Below, piece after piece: positions 20,799 to 32,204 of a stretch of DNA of 64,000 nucleotides. The stretch's first letter is position 1. The number at the start of each line of letters is the position of its first letter. Source of the stretch: Naegleria gruberi (taxonomy: Eukaryota). The stretch lies in NCBI GenBank assembly GCA_000004985.1, contig GG738882.1, one strand, 5' to 3'. The position numbers and the translations under genes are program-made. The notes below the pieces were generated by a model that was given only the letters and a program-made list of their open reading frames with translations, was not told where the DNA came from and made no database searches.

Positions 20799-23598
20799 AT
20801 GGGAAATAATATTAAATCAGCCAGTAATGATCGGGAGGCCCCTACTAGGAGTTTATATGAAGAAGAGGTATCCCCATCAGCTTCATCATCAACAAATTAT
20901 CAAGACGATTTGCAGAGTTACAAGTCATATATTACACAACATCAAATTATTGATCAAATACAATTTCGATCACTTCCCGATAAGTTTTGTAGTGTGAGAA
21001 TTTTGATAATGCAAAGTGGAATGAATGGCAATACACTCATGTACGATACTCATCATGATAATAACTTTAAACAATTTAAAGCCAAATTAAATCAAAATAC
21101 AAAGGAGGTTAATGAAAGATTTAGAAAAATGCAAATGTTGAAGAGTACAAGAGCTGTCAACAAGATTAAGACCAGCTCACCATCTTTGAAACCACTATTG
21201 GGAGGTTTATCTCAAAATAATTTGAATCAATCCTTCCAATCACAAACAAATAATACTTCGAGTAATAATAATATTAATAACAAACAATCAGTGGGAATGA
21301 ACGATACTAGTATTCTAGGTGAAATATTATTTGGATCTATTCCAATACAGATACTTGGACAAAATACTAAAATTCACACTCTTTCACAGCACAAACAAAC
21401 CTGTCTCAGTAAGGTGTTCAGAGTTGGTTTGCCAGTCAGTACAATAATTAAGACAGACGTACAGAGTGATCATGGAGATGACTCTAGCTCAACATCAAAG
21501 GATATTCCACCAAATACAGAACCAAATCCAAACCCCGTTAGCACATCACCAACACCATCACCAACTGTGAGAAATAGAGCTGTCAGTATAATTCAACAAC
21601 CAAATGCAAACCAAGTATCAGCAACTGCTTATAGTCCAAACACCTTGGGTACTCGTAATAGAAGCTATTCCACATCTGTTACAGATGCCATTAGAGATAA
21701 TTTCACTGAAAAAGCAGCTGCTGCCTCTACTACCACTGAAGATACAAAGCAAGCTCACAAGAAGAAAGACAGAAAAAAGAAGCTACACAAAGATCAGGAT
21801 ATTTCATTCATGTGCAAATCTTCATTTGGAATAGCTGTCTTATTGGTTTTCCATGACTGTGGAGAAGATAAGGATGAGCTTCAAAATCCAAGTCAGTTGC
21901 AAAGACTCATATTCTCTCACTTCCCAATATTTGAACACAAACTGAGAAAATTGCTCAACTCTTGTAAAAACTCAATTCAAAACTACCTGAAGAAGAAAGT
22001 TGATGAAGCTCGAGAATCAGACAAGCTAGACGAAATTTTCAGTGGTTTTACTTTCAATATCAAATCATTCCATGGATGTCTTCAAGATTCTGAAGAAATT
22101 TCTAATGCATCCATAGATTTCAACAAGTTTATTATCTCTTTCCTACATGCGCCTCGTTTCAATGTAAGTGTCTGATATGTATTTATTTTCTCACTTATCT
22201 TTTTAGGAACCAATTTGGCAATCACAATCACTTTTGCCTCTTGAAAAATCTAACAATTTCTCTACCTTTTTAACTGATCTTGCCTTGCTAACGAGGAAAG
22301 ACGAACAACATCTTTCATTCTTTTCTCTAGTGTTGACTACCATTTTATCAAACCACCTTTCATGGGTTTCACAATTCATACAATCTGAAAGGAGTGACTG
22401 TGATGATAATCCTTCACTACTCATTCAGAAATATCTAAAATCTCTGTATGGAAGTGGCTACCTTCCAACATTGACATCTGGTGAACAAGACAAGAAAGGT
22501 CTGAAAAAGTTTTGTAAAATAATTGTTGTTGGAAGTAATAACAAAGATATTAGATATTGTATATCCATGATTACGTTCCTCCTTCAATCAACTCTACTTT
22601 TAGAAAAAGAATTTTCCATTGACAAGCCTCAACAATCCTCCAATCTCGATTCTAAATTCCTTCCAGAAACTCTTTTAACCCTAACTCCAATGCAATTTGT
22701 TGAAATGAAACCTCCACTTAAAACTAAGCCACGACAAAAACACTCCCACGACACAACGAATCCAAATATAGCTATTCATACAATAGAGAGTGATTCAGAT
22801 GAAGATTCTGAATATCATATCAAACCTGTAGTTTTAGTTCCAAAACCTAATTTCACACTTGCAGCTTATGACAATAACGTTGAGGAAATGAATTTGAAAA
22901 TGAAATTCAACAAGTTTGGAAATTCACTTTTTGCTGACGTTTGTACGTGGTATTGTGGTGGATTCGTAATATCTGGCTTGCCTAGGTATGTCAATTTCCA
23001 AAAGGAGCTCATAGAAGACTTGGAATTCATTCAAACAGAAAGCATTGATGGAGATCCAAGATTACCAGATGTAGCCAGTTGCATTATAATTGATATTGAA
23101 GGAAGGTCTTGCAATGTTGTAACGAGTAAGCACAAGACAGCTAAATTCGAAGAAGGTCATAACTCTAGCATAATCTCCAAGTTATTGCACGAACTTTTAT
23201 TCCTTAGATCAGTAGATCAGACATCAGAAGGTGAAAAAGCATGTGAGCAGATATTTAAAGATACACTTTATGGACTAGTTCTAAAGACCAAGCTTATGTT
23301 TTCAATTGTGGACTCGATAGATTCGGAAACGAATAGAATTATACCAACAAACGCCGTTCATTGGCGCTCTGATTCCAAACAAACACCAACAAAGAGTTTA
23401 TCAGAACAACTCAAAAAGATACTTGTATCCAAACCTAAGAAGAATGGATCTGAGAGAATCACCTACGAGCAATTGTCTCATCTATTACATGTTAATATTT
23501 CAGACATACCCTTACTCATGTCCATTGCCAGTGCTTTCCGTAGTGATATTTCAAAGAAGGTCATTCCACATAAAGTGTCAAAAAAGAAAAAACGATAA
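20799..23598 (+). CDS. Hypothetical protein of about 918 aa. Two exons, 20799..22163 and 22207..23598.
   Basis: ORF 20799..22175 ends at a GTAAGT donor at 22164. The acceptor tttttag ends at 22206. The 43-nt intron joins it in frame to ORF 22234..23598, whose track 'M' is a TTG. N-terminus is MGNNIKS, followed by low-complexity S/T/N-rich linkers. No confident domain assignment. Confidence 0.5.
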
Positions 23599-23710
23599 AA
23601 ACATAATGTGTTAGTTGCCATACCATTTAGAAGTTTATTGGAACGTCCAAACACAAATCAAACACTTCAAATTCCATCGCAATTTTAAATGGTGAAAAAG
23701 AATAGAAAAA

Positions 23711-24370
23711 ATGTCACAACAACCTTCAAAGGGACAAATAGTGAGTGGAATCTTTGCAAGTATTCTTGTGTTATTGTGCATTATAATAGTGTTGGTTACT
23801 CTGGGGACTTGCTATCAAACCACAGGAACAGAAGAACCTGTTTCAGCATGTGGAAGAAATAATTCACCCAATAGAGCTCTATTCATTGCATGTTTTGCTG
23901 TCGGAACCTGTTTGGTTCTTCTTTTCTGTCCGAGCAGATTGATATCACTTCATTATTCAACCTATGGCACGATAAAGCCACAATTCAAGAGTATTTACTT
24001 TTGGTTTTTAGTGTTGCATTTCATTCCGATGGTGTTGAGTATGCCCTTACTATTGGTAATGGCTATAATTCCAGATACATCTGATTTGGGAATGCTTCAT
24101 TTGGGAGTTGCTATTGCTGGGATGGGATTGTTGCTTGTTTATGGATTCCTTAATTGTGTTTTGAATGGTATTAGAATTGTTAGATTATTCTTTGGAAGAT
24201 TTTGGATTGTAAGATTTTGTACCTGGAGTAGGAGTTTACCAAACTGGATCTTGTGTATCTTGTTTACATTGTCAATACTCTGTAACGTTGGATTGGTTAT
24301 TGGTGCCATCATTGAATGGTTCAGTGGAAGAGTGGAAATCTTGCTGGAGAATGGGCTGCTGTTTTCTTAA
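23711..24370 (+). CDS. Multi-pass membrane protein, hypothetical. The C-terminus may continue in ORF 24316..24510.
   Basis: 219-aa ORF with at least five hydrophobic helices. The overlapping +1-frame ORF 24316..24510 encodes a further hydrophobic segment (AAVFLIVSQLIPIFIESLMLIFL), which suggests a frameshift or sequence error near 24316..24367. Confidence 0.4.
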   Translation: MSQQPSKGQIVSGIFASILVLLCIIIVLVTLGTCYQTTGTEEPVSACGRNNSPNRALFIACFAVGTCLVLLFCPSRLISLHYSTYGTIKPQFKSIYFWFLVLHFIPMVLSMPLLLVMAIIPDTSDLGMLHLGVAIAGMGLLLVYGFLNCVLNGIRIVRLFFGRFWIVRFCTWSRSLPNWILCILFTLSILCNVGLVIGAIIEWFSGRVEILLENGLLFS

Positions 24371-24545
24371 TTGTCAGTCAATTGATACCAATCTTTATTG
24401 AAAGCTTAATGTTAATTTTCTTGAATGAGGAAAAGAAAGAGCAAATTATCGAAGAGGAAAAGCAATCAATCATAGTGAAGAATCAAGTTGAAACTTTAAA
24501 TAAATATTGAAACTGATTTAGTGAAATAAATAATTTGTGAATTTA

Positions 24546-25928
24546 CTATTCCCATTGGAATGAATTACAAAGTTGAACTGTTGGTGCCTGTGTTAACACA
24601 AACTTTTTAAAATCATTCAACCATGACTTTACACGTTTTTCATTGGTATCTTTGAGATCAAACTTTGATCTAGAATAAATTACAATTGAAAACTTTGGTT
24701 TTCTAACTTCTTCGGTGGATTGAGTATCGTCATAAAGATTATTAGAAGTATCGGACAGTAAATCTCTAATATCAAAATCTGTCGTTCTTCTAATACTAAA
24801 TCTTTTCAAAATATCACCAACATTGCTCTCAAAATTTGGTGGTGACATATTTGATAAGGTATCATCTAGCTCTTCGTTTTTGTTGGGTGAGGTAACTTCT
24901 GCTGTTGTTTCAGTATTAGTTTCAGGTGATTTTGGTGGAATTTCCTGAACAAATTGCACAGTTATAAAGTCATTAATAAATGATGCTTTCTGCATATAGG
25001 TATACAAGCAAATATCATGATTCGAATCGACCAATTCTACCTTCTCCAGTTTTGAAATAAACTTTTCCCATAAATTAATCAGAGTTTCAATACTAATGTT
25101 TTGGAAAATGGGTGAAATATACTCTGCTCTCCTATCGAATGAAGTACTGAACTTTTCAAAACCTAATGGTGCCGAAAAGAACCAATTATTTCTGGAATTT
25201 GGTTTGTGAATCATCCAATCAATATTCTTATTGGGATGTTTCGAAGGATTTGATTCTGATAAAACTAGTGGTGGTTTAGCTGAAAAGAAGTGCGTAACTA
25301 GCTTTTGCAACTCTGAATTATCCTCCTTCAATATAATATCAACCATCTTTTTGAAATACTCGTTAAATTGTTCAACTCTCTTTTCAATATTTTCCTTTTT
25401 TAAATTTCCAATAATTAGCTTTTTCGGAAAGAGTGATTTCATATCCTTACTGTTCTGTAGGGAGGTAGTAGTAGTAGTAGTAATTTCAATGAAACGTTGA
25501 TGATAATCATACAATTCACTATATCTTTTAGTAACTGTCCAATCGGAGTGATTCATAAATCCACAAGTCTCTCGAGGTGATTCATGATGATGTTGATTAT
25601 TGTGATTGTGATGGTGGTGATGATGATGATGTTGATTAGGAGAGGCTCCTCCTCCACCACCATTAGAAGTAGTCTCTGAATGTGATGACGTAGAAATCCC
25701 ATCATCATCAAACTCCTCCACATATGAATACTTGTACTCTCTATCAAAAGGTGATGAATAATTGAGTGGCACAACATCACCACTCAACTCTGCATTCTCC
25801 AAGTGTGATGACGAGACTCCAAGTTGCTTCCTTTTTCTCCTATTTTCAATTTGTATCGTGTATAATACAAATGGTTTGGAATCATCTGTTTGATGATGAA
25901 GTTCGTATCGTATTACCTTGATATTCAT
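24546..25928 (-). CDS. PX (phox-homology) domain protein with a poly-His tract.
   Basis: N-terminal PX-like region (VLYTIQIENRRK...WTVTKRYSELYDYHQRFIE). Run of H residues (HHHHHHHHNHNNQHHH). The track 'M' at 25952 is a TTG; the first ATG is at 25928 (MNIKVIRY). Confidence 0.55.
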   Translation of the reverse strand: MNIKVIRYELHHQTDDSKPFVLYTIQIENRRKRKQLGVSSSHLENAELSGDVVPLNYSSPFDREYKYSYVEEFDDDGISTSSHSETTSNGGGGGASPNQHHHHHHHHNHNNQHHHESPRETCGFMNHSDWTVTKRYSELYDYHQRFIEITTTTTTSLQNSKDMKSLFPKKLIIGNLKKENIEKRVEQFNEYFKKMVDIILKEDNSELQKLVTHFFSAKPPLVLSESNPSKHPNKNIDWMIHKPNSRNNWFFSAPLGFEKFSTSFDRRAEYISPIFQNISIETLINLWEKFISKLEKVELVDSNHDICLYTYMQKASFINDFITVQFVQEIPPKSPETNTETTAEVTSPNKNEELDDTLSNMSPPNFESNVGDILKRFSIRRTTDFDIRDLLSDTSNNLYDDTQSTEEVRKPKFSIVIYSRSKFDLKDTNEKRVKSWLNDFKKFVLTQAPTVQLCNSFQWE

Positions 25929-26119
25929 CAACAACAATTTTTCCTTTTCCAATGGTATGATGATATATTGATAATATTTACACTCTATAATAATACAGTA
26001 TAATACAGTATCCTCTCACTCACTCAATATATTACACGCACACACTATTAATTTCACTGCACAAACAGAAAGTAGCAACAGGATGGACCACTCAAGAGGT
26101 TACTTTTTTTTATTGTAAA

Positions 26120-26200
26120 AGTTTGTCTTGTCGGTTGGCCAATAATAAGAATGAAATGTGTGTGATTACTTCTTCTGATTGGTCCGCTGATATGATAATG
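26120..26200. promoter_or_regulatory. Candidate promoter elements upstream of the PX-domain gene: paired CCAAT/ATTGG boxes.
   Basis: ggttggCCAATaataag and ctgATTGGtccgctga lie about 200-260 nt upstream of the minus-strand start at 25928. A local direct repeat taatacagta x2 sits at 25990-26010. Confidence 0.2.
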
Positions 26201-26291
26201 GTAATTATATTTTGGTATTTGTTGTAATACTTTGATTTACAGGATAACATGAATATAATAGGTGTGAAACAGATCAGATAATGTTAAAAAA

Positions 26292-27154
26292 TTATCGGAG
26301 TGATCTTGTGGATTGTTCAATAAGATCTAATTTGGGTTGAATATCTTGGTTGAAAGATTGAGTGATGGTTTTGAGTGTGGAGCCATCTTGAATGATCTTT
26401 TGATAGGAATCTTTGATTTGATTTACGTTTTTGACAAACTATTAGAGTTTTTAGTGAAAGATCGATATAAAAAGAATAACTTACTGTCTCTAAAGTAGTC
26501 AAAACTTCTGGAATGGAGACTGATAATTCTTCGAGTTGGGATTTCTCTTCTACAGGTTTTGGATTGATCCATTGTGTAAATTCCTCATGATAGACGTGCA
26601 TAAATTGGTCAACTAAGGTGCTGAATCGACCGATGGCTTCACCCAATAGTTGTATCTTTTCATTGTGTTCCACTGAGAGATTGGACATGATATAATAATT
26701 TCCTCCCGTATGTAAGGTCTGTTCATTCAAAACAACTGATTGTCCTCTATGTTGCTCATCAATATTTGTCTGTAATTCCTCAATAATATCCTGATATCTT
26801 TGAATGTGAAGATTTGCCTTTTCCACATCTGTTTTGAATGAGGCAGCATCTGGAAGTTTCTTCCTCTTGAATTTAGAACTCATTTCATTTGAGAAGAGTT
26901 TCATATCATTGGCCAAAACTGAATCCTTATTGTGACATATGTGATTGATAAAATTGTGATCCTTTGTAAATTGTTGTTTCAATTCCTCTGTATTATTGAA
27001 TCTGTTCAATTTGGAATAGAGATTTAGTAATTATTTCTTTTAGAATATTGTCACATAAAGAAACCTACCCTTTCACTGAATAGATCAAATCCAAAATATC
27101 CATTATGAATTTAATATTTCTCTCCAATGTACATTCTCCTCTTACAATTTCCAT
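26292..27154 (-). CDS. Hypothetical coiled-coil protein, at least three exons (27154..27069, 27001..26485, 26438..26292). It may be the 3' part of a larger gene that includes 27211..27495.
   Basis: The track ORF 26317..27009 starts at a TTG and reads through a 46-nt intron (minus-strand GTAAGT donor at plus 26484, aatag acceptor at 26439). Splicing gives a C-terminal exon ...EVLTTLET|FVKNVNQIKDSYQKIIQDGSTLK... An upstream exon (MEIVRGECTLERNIKFIMDILDLIYSVKG) joins through a GTAGGT donor and gaacag acceptor (67-nt intron). Confidence 0.4.
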
Positions 27155-27210
27155 ATCACAAAATTCAATAATTCCCAACCAAGAGAAAGCTCGGAGAATG
27201 GCTAGTTAAA

Positions 27211-27495
27211 TTAAATAATACTAGTATTGGATGAATAACACTTACATTGTTCTTTGTGATCATTACTGTCCAAAGGCAATCGGAGAGCATTGTTTACTTC
27301 ATCAGGAAAATAACTAGGAACAAAGTATTTGTTCAACATGTACATTAAAATGTCATAGCGAATGTATCCTGCATTTAATAGATAATCTTCCTCTATGGAT
27401 TGTCTGTAGAGCGTGATGGCTTGTGGATGTGAATCCCAAGATAAAACTGTTTTGATTTTTTCAATGAGTTTTGAAACGGTTGGAAGTTTATGCAT
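27211..27495 (-). CDS. Hypothetical small protein, or the 5' exon(s) of the downstream 26292..27154 gene.
   Basis: The ATG (MHKLPTVSKLIEKIK...) is preceded by aaaaaaa. A GTAAGTG donor immediately follows ...DHKEQ. An in-frame acceptor 41 or 53 nt downstream would link it to the exon carrying the ATG at 27154. The gap between the two models is only about 56 nt on the same strand. Confidence 0.35.
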   Translation of the reverse strand: MHKLPTVSKLIEKIKTVLSWDSHPQAITLYRQSIEEDYLLNAGYIRYDILMYMLNKYFVPSYFPDEVNNALRLPLDSNDHKEQCKCYSSNTSII

Positions 27496-27601
27496 TTTTT
27501 TGGCGCGTGAATTTAACAGAAACAAGGTGGGAAATGAATTCAAAAGGAAAGAACAAAGATGATGTAAATGTTTGATTTAATGTTAAAAAAAGATAAAAAG
27601 T

Positions 27602-30133
27602 TTATTGTTGATGACCATAAGGATGGTGCTGTAAAGAAGAATTGTGTTGTGGAGGCATGTTCATGAAAGGTTGTTGAATGTCTTGCATTGAATTATGTCG
27701 AAGAGACATATTGTTGATTGGAGGTAAATGTTGTGGTGGCTGTTGTTGTTGTTGGTCAAAAGCAGGATAAGAATCACCAAATCCTCCCTCTTCCAGAACT
27801 ATTTCTGTAGTATCATTTTTCTTTGGCTCAGGAACGAAATGAGAAGATGTCATAGGACCATCCATTGGAGGTAATCTGGCCAATCTTTCCTGGAATCCTT
27901 GATAAGGGGTTGGAGTTAGTATCTCTGTGGACGTCAGATTGATATCATTTACAATGTGATGCGTCGAGTCCAATGAAATGGTGTGACTATTAGTAACATG
28001 TGATGTACCTTGATTTACAAGAGTTCTCATTATGATACCATCCCTGGAATCAGTTTCTGGTTGGGATCTGTATGATTGTTGAGGAATGTTAGTTGGAGCT
28101 ACCATTGATCGAGAATACTTATGTTCCTCTGGAATATTGGAATGCATAGTTGGAGGAGATTGGTGTTGAGGATAAGCATAGTGTGAACTAGATGATTGTT
28201 GTTGAACTGGTGGAAGATACAGGTCATTAGGAGTTTGGGAGGAAGGTGCATTAGATGCTGATGTTTGATAGGATTGAATTAGATCTTGGAGGGAAGGAAT
28301 GTATTGGTTGCAACTGACAGAAGCCAAAACATCAATACTGCTTGGTGATTGAGCTCCTTTCTTTGCTTTTTTGTTTTTACGTAATTGGGAATTGTTACTG
28401 ACTTGAAGTGAGGTAGAAAGTGATCGTTGAGGTCTATTTTCTATTGAACTTGTTGGAGATTCATCGAGTGGTGAACCCTTATCTTGAACTTCTCCAGCCA
28501 ACACTGATAGAGTGAACAAATCAGGGGTGGCAACCTCTGGATTAGATTCAACATATGGAATAGGGCTCTTCTTTTTCTTTCTACGTTTTGTTGGTAAAGT
28601 AAGGCCCAATTTGATCTTGTAATTCAAAAAGAGATTTCTAATTTGAGTTTCAGTTTTGGTTGGAATGAGTTCAGCAATAGTTTTCCAGTCACGTCCATAC
28701 TCTCTGAAATATTCAAGGAATGCATCTCTTTCGCTGACAGTCCAAATAGAAACAATTTTGAGAATCTTTTTAGTCTTGTTTGGTTTGGTGATTCCTGCAG
28801 GAGGTGTAGATGGAGGCAATACTGGAGTAACTTCCTTCTTCTCTGGAACTTCCTTTGTTATCTTTTTAGTTGCTGGAGAAGTGGTACTAGGTGGTGGAAT
28901 AGCAGTCGATGAAGATGAGATAACAGCAGGTGTAGTATTAGTTGTACTAGCAACAGTGGAAGCTGCTTGTGTCTTCTTCTTCTTGTTGGCATCTTTAGTA
29001 TTGGTATTTGCAGCTACAAGTTTAAGTTTGACCTTATTGTCCTCGAAAAATTGTTTACATTGAGCTTCATCTCTAGTTTTAAGTTTTTGAGCAATCTTGG
29101 AGAAATCTGCACCAAATTTGGTGAAATGATTTTTAAATTTGGTAATTTCAGCTTGAGACCATTCTGCTAATAATTCTTCTTCCTCCTTCTTCTTATTTCT
29201 AGCTGCCACATTAGCTCTATTTTCAGCAGCTGCAACTTTAGCATCCTTTGTAAAGATTGGCTCAAGGGGAGTCATAGGAGATTCTGGTTCATTATAATCC
29301 TTTCGTTTACCTTCATCTACAAACCTTTTCCTATATTTTTGGCTTAGTTTTAACTCGTTTTTCATCTTTTTAAAATCCTCAGTCAATTTGTAATTATAAT
29401 AGAAAGTAACAACATCACCAGTTGTCTTATTTGGCAAGTATGATGCAATTACTCTCATATCCTTAGGTGTTTTTGTAAACTTATCAACAAATGTTTTCTT
29501 TTCTTCCTCTGTCCAAATCTCTTCGAGAATTCTAGTTTCTTGATACTGTTGAAGAACTTTTTCGCTTGCAGTCAAGTGGTTAGTACTAATAAAGCAGTTT
29601 CTCTTCTCCTCATCGTTGAGCATTGGTGGCACAACAGCAAGTTGATCCTTGAATCTGGTATTCTCGTTTCTAACGTCATCAATGGTAATCCTGTTTTTAG
29701 CCCACCATTCATATCTTAGCTTCTTGAAAAGATTGCCATTCTCGATATTTTTCTTTTCAAGCTTTTCTAGTCTGCCCTTGACGATCTTTGTAAGATCGGG
29801 AAGAATTTCCTGGAAAATCTCTTCATTCTTCTCACAAAAATCATAATCTTGTGGTTTTCTGAGAGTCTTTTCCATCTTTTCGTCATCCTTGTAGAGCAAG
29901 GAATCAAACTTTCTGTCGGCATATAGACTGTTTTTCATGTTTTGGTAGTACACAGCTTGGATTCTATTCTTTGGAACAAAAGGTTCGGTTTTAGTGCTCT
30001 GCTCTGTGCTCGGAAGTGTCCTATTGTTGACTGCCTCAAGTTGTTCTTCGTAGGTTTTAACTAGACTCTCCATCTTTTGAATTTCCTTCATAATTTCCTC
30101 CTGTGTTGGTTGCGAAGAGCTGAACAGGCTCAT
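27602..30133 (-). CDS. NCoR/SMRT-like co-repressor homolog with multiple SANT/Myb-like domains.
   Basis: 843-aa ORF. SANT-like units WTEEEKKTFVDKFTKTPKDMRVIASYLPNKTTGDVVTFYY, WSQAEITKFKNHFTKFGADFSKIAQKLKTRDEAQCKQFF and WTVSERDAFLEYFREYGRDWKTIAELIPTKTETQIRNLFLNYK. C-terminal S/T/P/Q-rich low complexity. Confidence 0.6.
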   Translation of the reverse strand: MSLFSSSQPTQEEIMKEIQKMESLVKTYEEQLEAVNNRTLPSTEQSTKTEPFVPKNRIQAVYYQNMKNSLYADRKFDSLLYKDDEKMEKTLRKPQDYDFCEKNEEIFQEILPDLTKIVKGRLEKLEKKNIENGNLFKKLRYEWWAKNRITIDDVRNENTRFKDQLAVVPPMLNDEEKRNCFISTNHLTASEKVLQQYQETRILEEIWTEEEKKTFVDKFTKTPKDMRVIASYLPNKTTGDVVTFYYNYKLTEDFKKMKNELKLSQKYRKRFVDEGKRKDYNEPESPMTPLEPIFTKDAKVAAAENRANVAARNKKKEEEELLAEWSQAEITKFKNHFTKFGADFSKIAQKLKTRDEAQCKQFFEDNKVKLKLVAANTNTKDANKKKKTQAASTVASTTNTTPAVISSSSTAIPPPSTTSPATKKITKEVPEKKEVTPVLPPSTPPAGITKPNKTKKILKIVSIWTVSERDAFLEYFREYGRDWKTIAELIPTKTETQIRNLFLNYKIKLGLTLPTKRRKKKKSPIPYVESNPEVATPDLFTLSVLAGEVQDKGSPLDESPTSSIENRPQRSLSTSLQVSNNSQLRKNKKAKKGAQSPSSIDVLASVSCNQYIPSLQDLIQSYQTSASNAPSSQTPNDLYLPPVQQQSSSSHYAYPQHQSPPTMHSNIPEEHKYSRSMVAPTNIPQQSYRSQPETDSRDGIIMRTLVNQGTSHVTNSHTISLDSTHHIVNDINLTSTEILTPTPYQGFQERLARLPPMDGPMTSSHFVPEPKKNDTTEIVLEEGGFGDSYPAFDQQQQQPPQHLPPINNMSLRHNSMQDIQQPFMNMPPQHNSSLQHHPYGHQQ

Positions 30134-30961
30134 AATATCTGTCGACTCGTCTTGTTTGACATTTTGCTTTTGCTTCTTTTTGTTGTTTTGTCCCGAATTT
30201 CCCTTGGAAGTTGATGATGTAGTATTCTCTGTGTTTCTAAATTATTGTTGATAATAAAATAGATCAAAACAATCCAACATTAATTTGTAATAAACGTGAT
30301 GATGTAAAATAATATAATAACAAAATAATAGTAAATATCATCCAAACACAAGACATCATCATTGATAAATAATATTAAAAAAAGGTATTTGATTAATATT
30401 ATATTGTCATCAGTAGCCACTTACCGTTTTCTCTTGGTGGAATTATTATTTAGCATGGTGATTATATTAATACAGAATGATGAATTTAAATTATAGCAAA
30501 ACAGATTATGAGCGGACCCCCATGTAGAGAGAATTATTACGTTATTGATAACCCTCTCCTTGAATAAAACTTATTGATAGATGGTGGAAGGTACTTTTGA
30601 TTTGTTGTATCAATCCCGGATAGTGATTTCTTATTTTTTTAATCTTTAAATTTTTTAAGATTTAAAAAAAGTTGCAACATGAAGACTTGAGAATATTTCG
30701 GTTGGCGATCACATCCATCAAGTTGATAAAAACAAGGCGCGGAAATTCTTTCTCACTTCAATACACTTGGAGAGATGAACATTTAGTCTCTTGAACGTGA
30801 AATACACTCATTGAATTATTATTATCAAATAAAAATTGAAATTCTCTTCATCTTCCATGTTTCCTCAATTCTTTCAAATTGGAACATTTCGCTCTGGTCA
30901 AAGAACAGCATCTAATTGCCGTTGAAAGATGAACATGTTCTGAAAGGAATACACTAAAAAA

Positions 30962-32158
30962 ATGTCATCATCCATAATCACACACCATTCAACATCGATA
31001 GTGGATACAACACATGTCCATACGGAGGAGTCGGACGAAGTTCAACTATTGAAAAAGCACAACAATACAAATATTAGTACATCAAAGAGATCGGATCTTT
31101 CAAACCAAGAAGGACGATATTCATGTTGTTTAATGAGGGATATTGCTATTGGATTGTATTCGCTTGTATTTTCATTGAGTATAATTTTCATTGCCGTTGT
31201 GGCTATTATTTGGAAGGCTTCATCATCAGATTGGGCTCAAGCCATGTTGGATACACCAATTCCTAGTTATGTAACCAGTGTAAATTCTATTCCATCTAGT
31301 ATTCCATATTCTGTTTCAAACTCAACACAAGCTGTGACTGTACAGGATGCAGATTATGGAATTAAATTGTATGGAAATGTATCATTATGTGCTGAGTGTT
31401 ATTATAGACCATTTGCAACATTGGATATGTTGAGTCAATACTCAATTTCTCCTCCATGTGTCAGTGAACAGAATTGCTCTTTCTATGGAGTTAGAAGTCA
31501 GGAAATCCAAAACAGGATTTCTACACTAGGTGAAAATTGGTATCAAAATTGGGAGCCTGCAAAGAAGGTATTTGTGATTGCATTCCATCACGGTGAACGT
31601 CTCTATGCACCAAGACAAAAAATTGATCAAGTTGTTTTTGAACTTATTGGACCAACAAATACTAATTTCAGTCTTGTAATTTCTACAAATTATCCATATC
31701 AAGAACAACAGAAATTTTTCATTAGAGTTCATCCACGTGTTAAGGTGAGGAATATTCTCATTCATGGAGCTTCTAAATTCCCAGTTCCTTACAAACTTGT
31801 TGCTAAGGAATTCAGTGACAGAAATTATATCAAGACTATCAATGTTACTTCTTTGAGTAATGTTACAGATAGTGCCTACTATAGTCCAGAGTCATTTGTT
31901 TCAGCTCTTAAATACAAATACCCTGATATTGAAAGCTACACTCACTACATGATGTGTGTCACCTCACATATGTTTGAAATTAGACAAGGTGGCAAATGCT
32001 ATTCTGAAGTTAAATCCTTTGCTATTGAATTTTTGTGGATTACTTACACTGTTTGTGGCAGTTTCTTGGTGTTAGCTTTTGTGAGTATGGTTGCCTTCTT
32101 TGTTGCCTCTTGTTGTGCGTGTAAGGAAAGCTTTGCACAACCAGAAAGATTAGAATAA
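30962..32158 (+). CDS. Hypothetical membrane protein: N-terminal signal-anchor TM, Cys-containing lumenal/extracellular domain and C-terminal TM.
   Basis: 398-aa ORF with TM helices near residues 60-85 and near the C-terminus (FLVLAFVSMVAFFVASCC). Several N-glycosylation sequons. ATG behind aaaaaaa. Confidence 0.4.
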   Translation: MSSSIITHHSTSIVDTTHVHTEESDEVQLLKKHNNTNISTSKRSDLSNQEGRYSCCLMRDIAIGLYSLVFSLSIIFIAVVAIIWKASSSDWAQAMLDTPIPSYVTSVNSIPSSIPYSVSNSTQAVTVQDADYGIKLYGNVSLCAECYYRPFATLDMLSQYSISPPCVSEQNCSFYGVRSQEIQNRISTLGENWYQNWEPAKKVFVIAFHHGERLYAPRQKIDQVVFELIGPTNTNFSLVISTNYPYQEQQKFFIRVHPRVKVRNILIHGASKFPVPYKLVAKEFSDRNYIKTINVTSLSNVTDSAYYSPESFVSALKYKYPDIESYTHYMMCVTSHMFEIRQGGKCYSEVKSFAIEFLWITYTVCGSFLVLAFVSMVAFFVASCCACKESFAQPERLE

Positions 32159-32204
32159 TTTCACTCAACTGTATTAATAAATATTTTTCTATTTACAACT
32201 TGAT

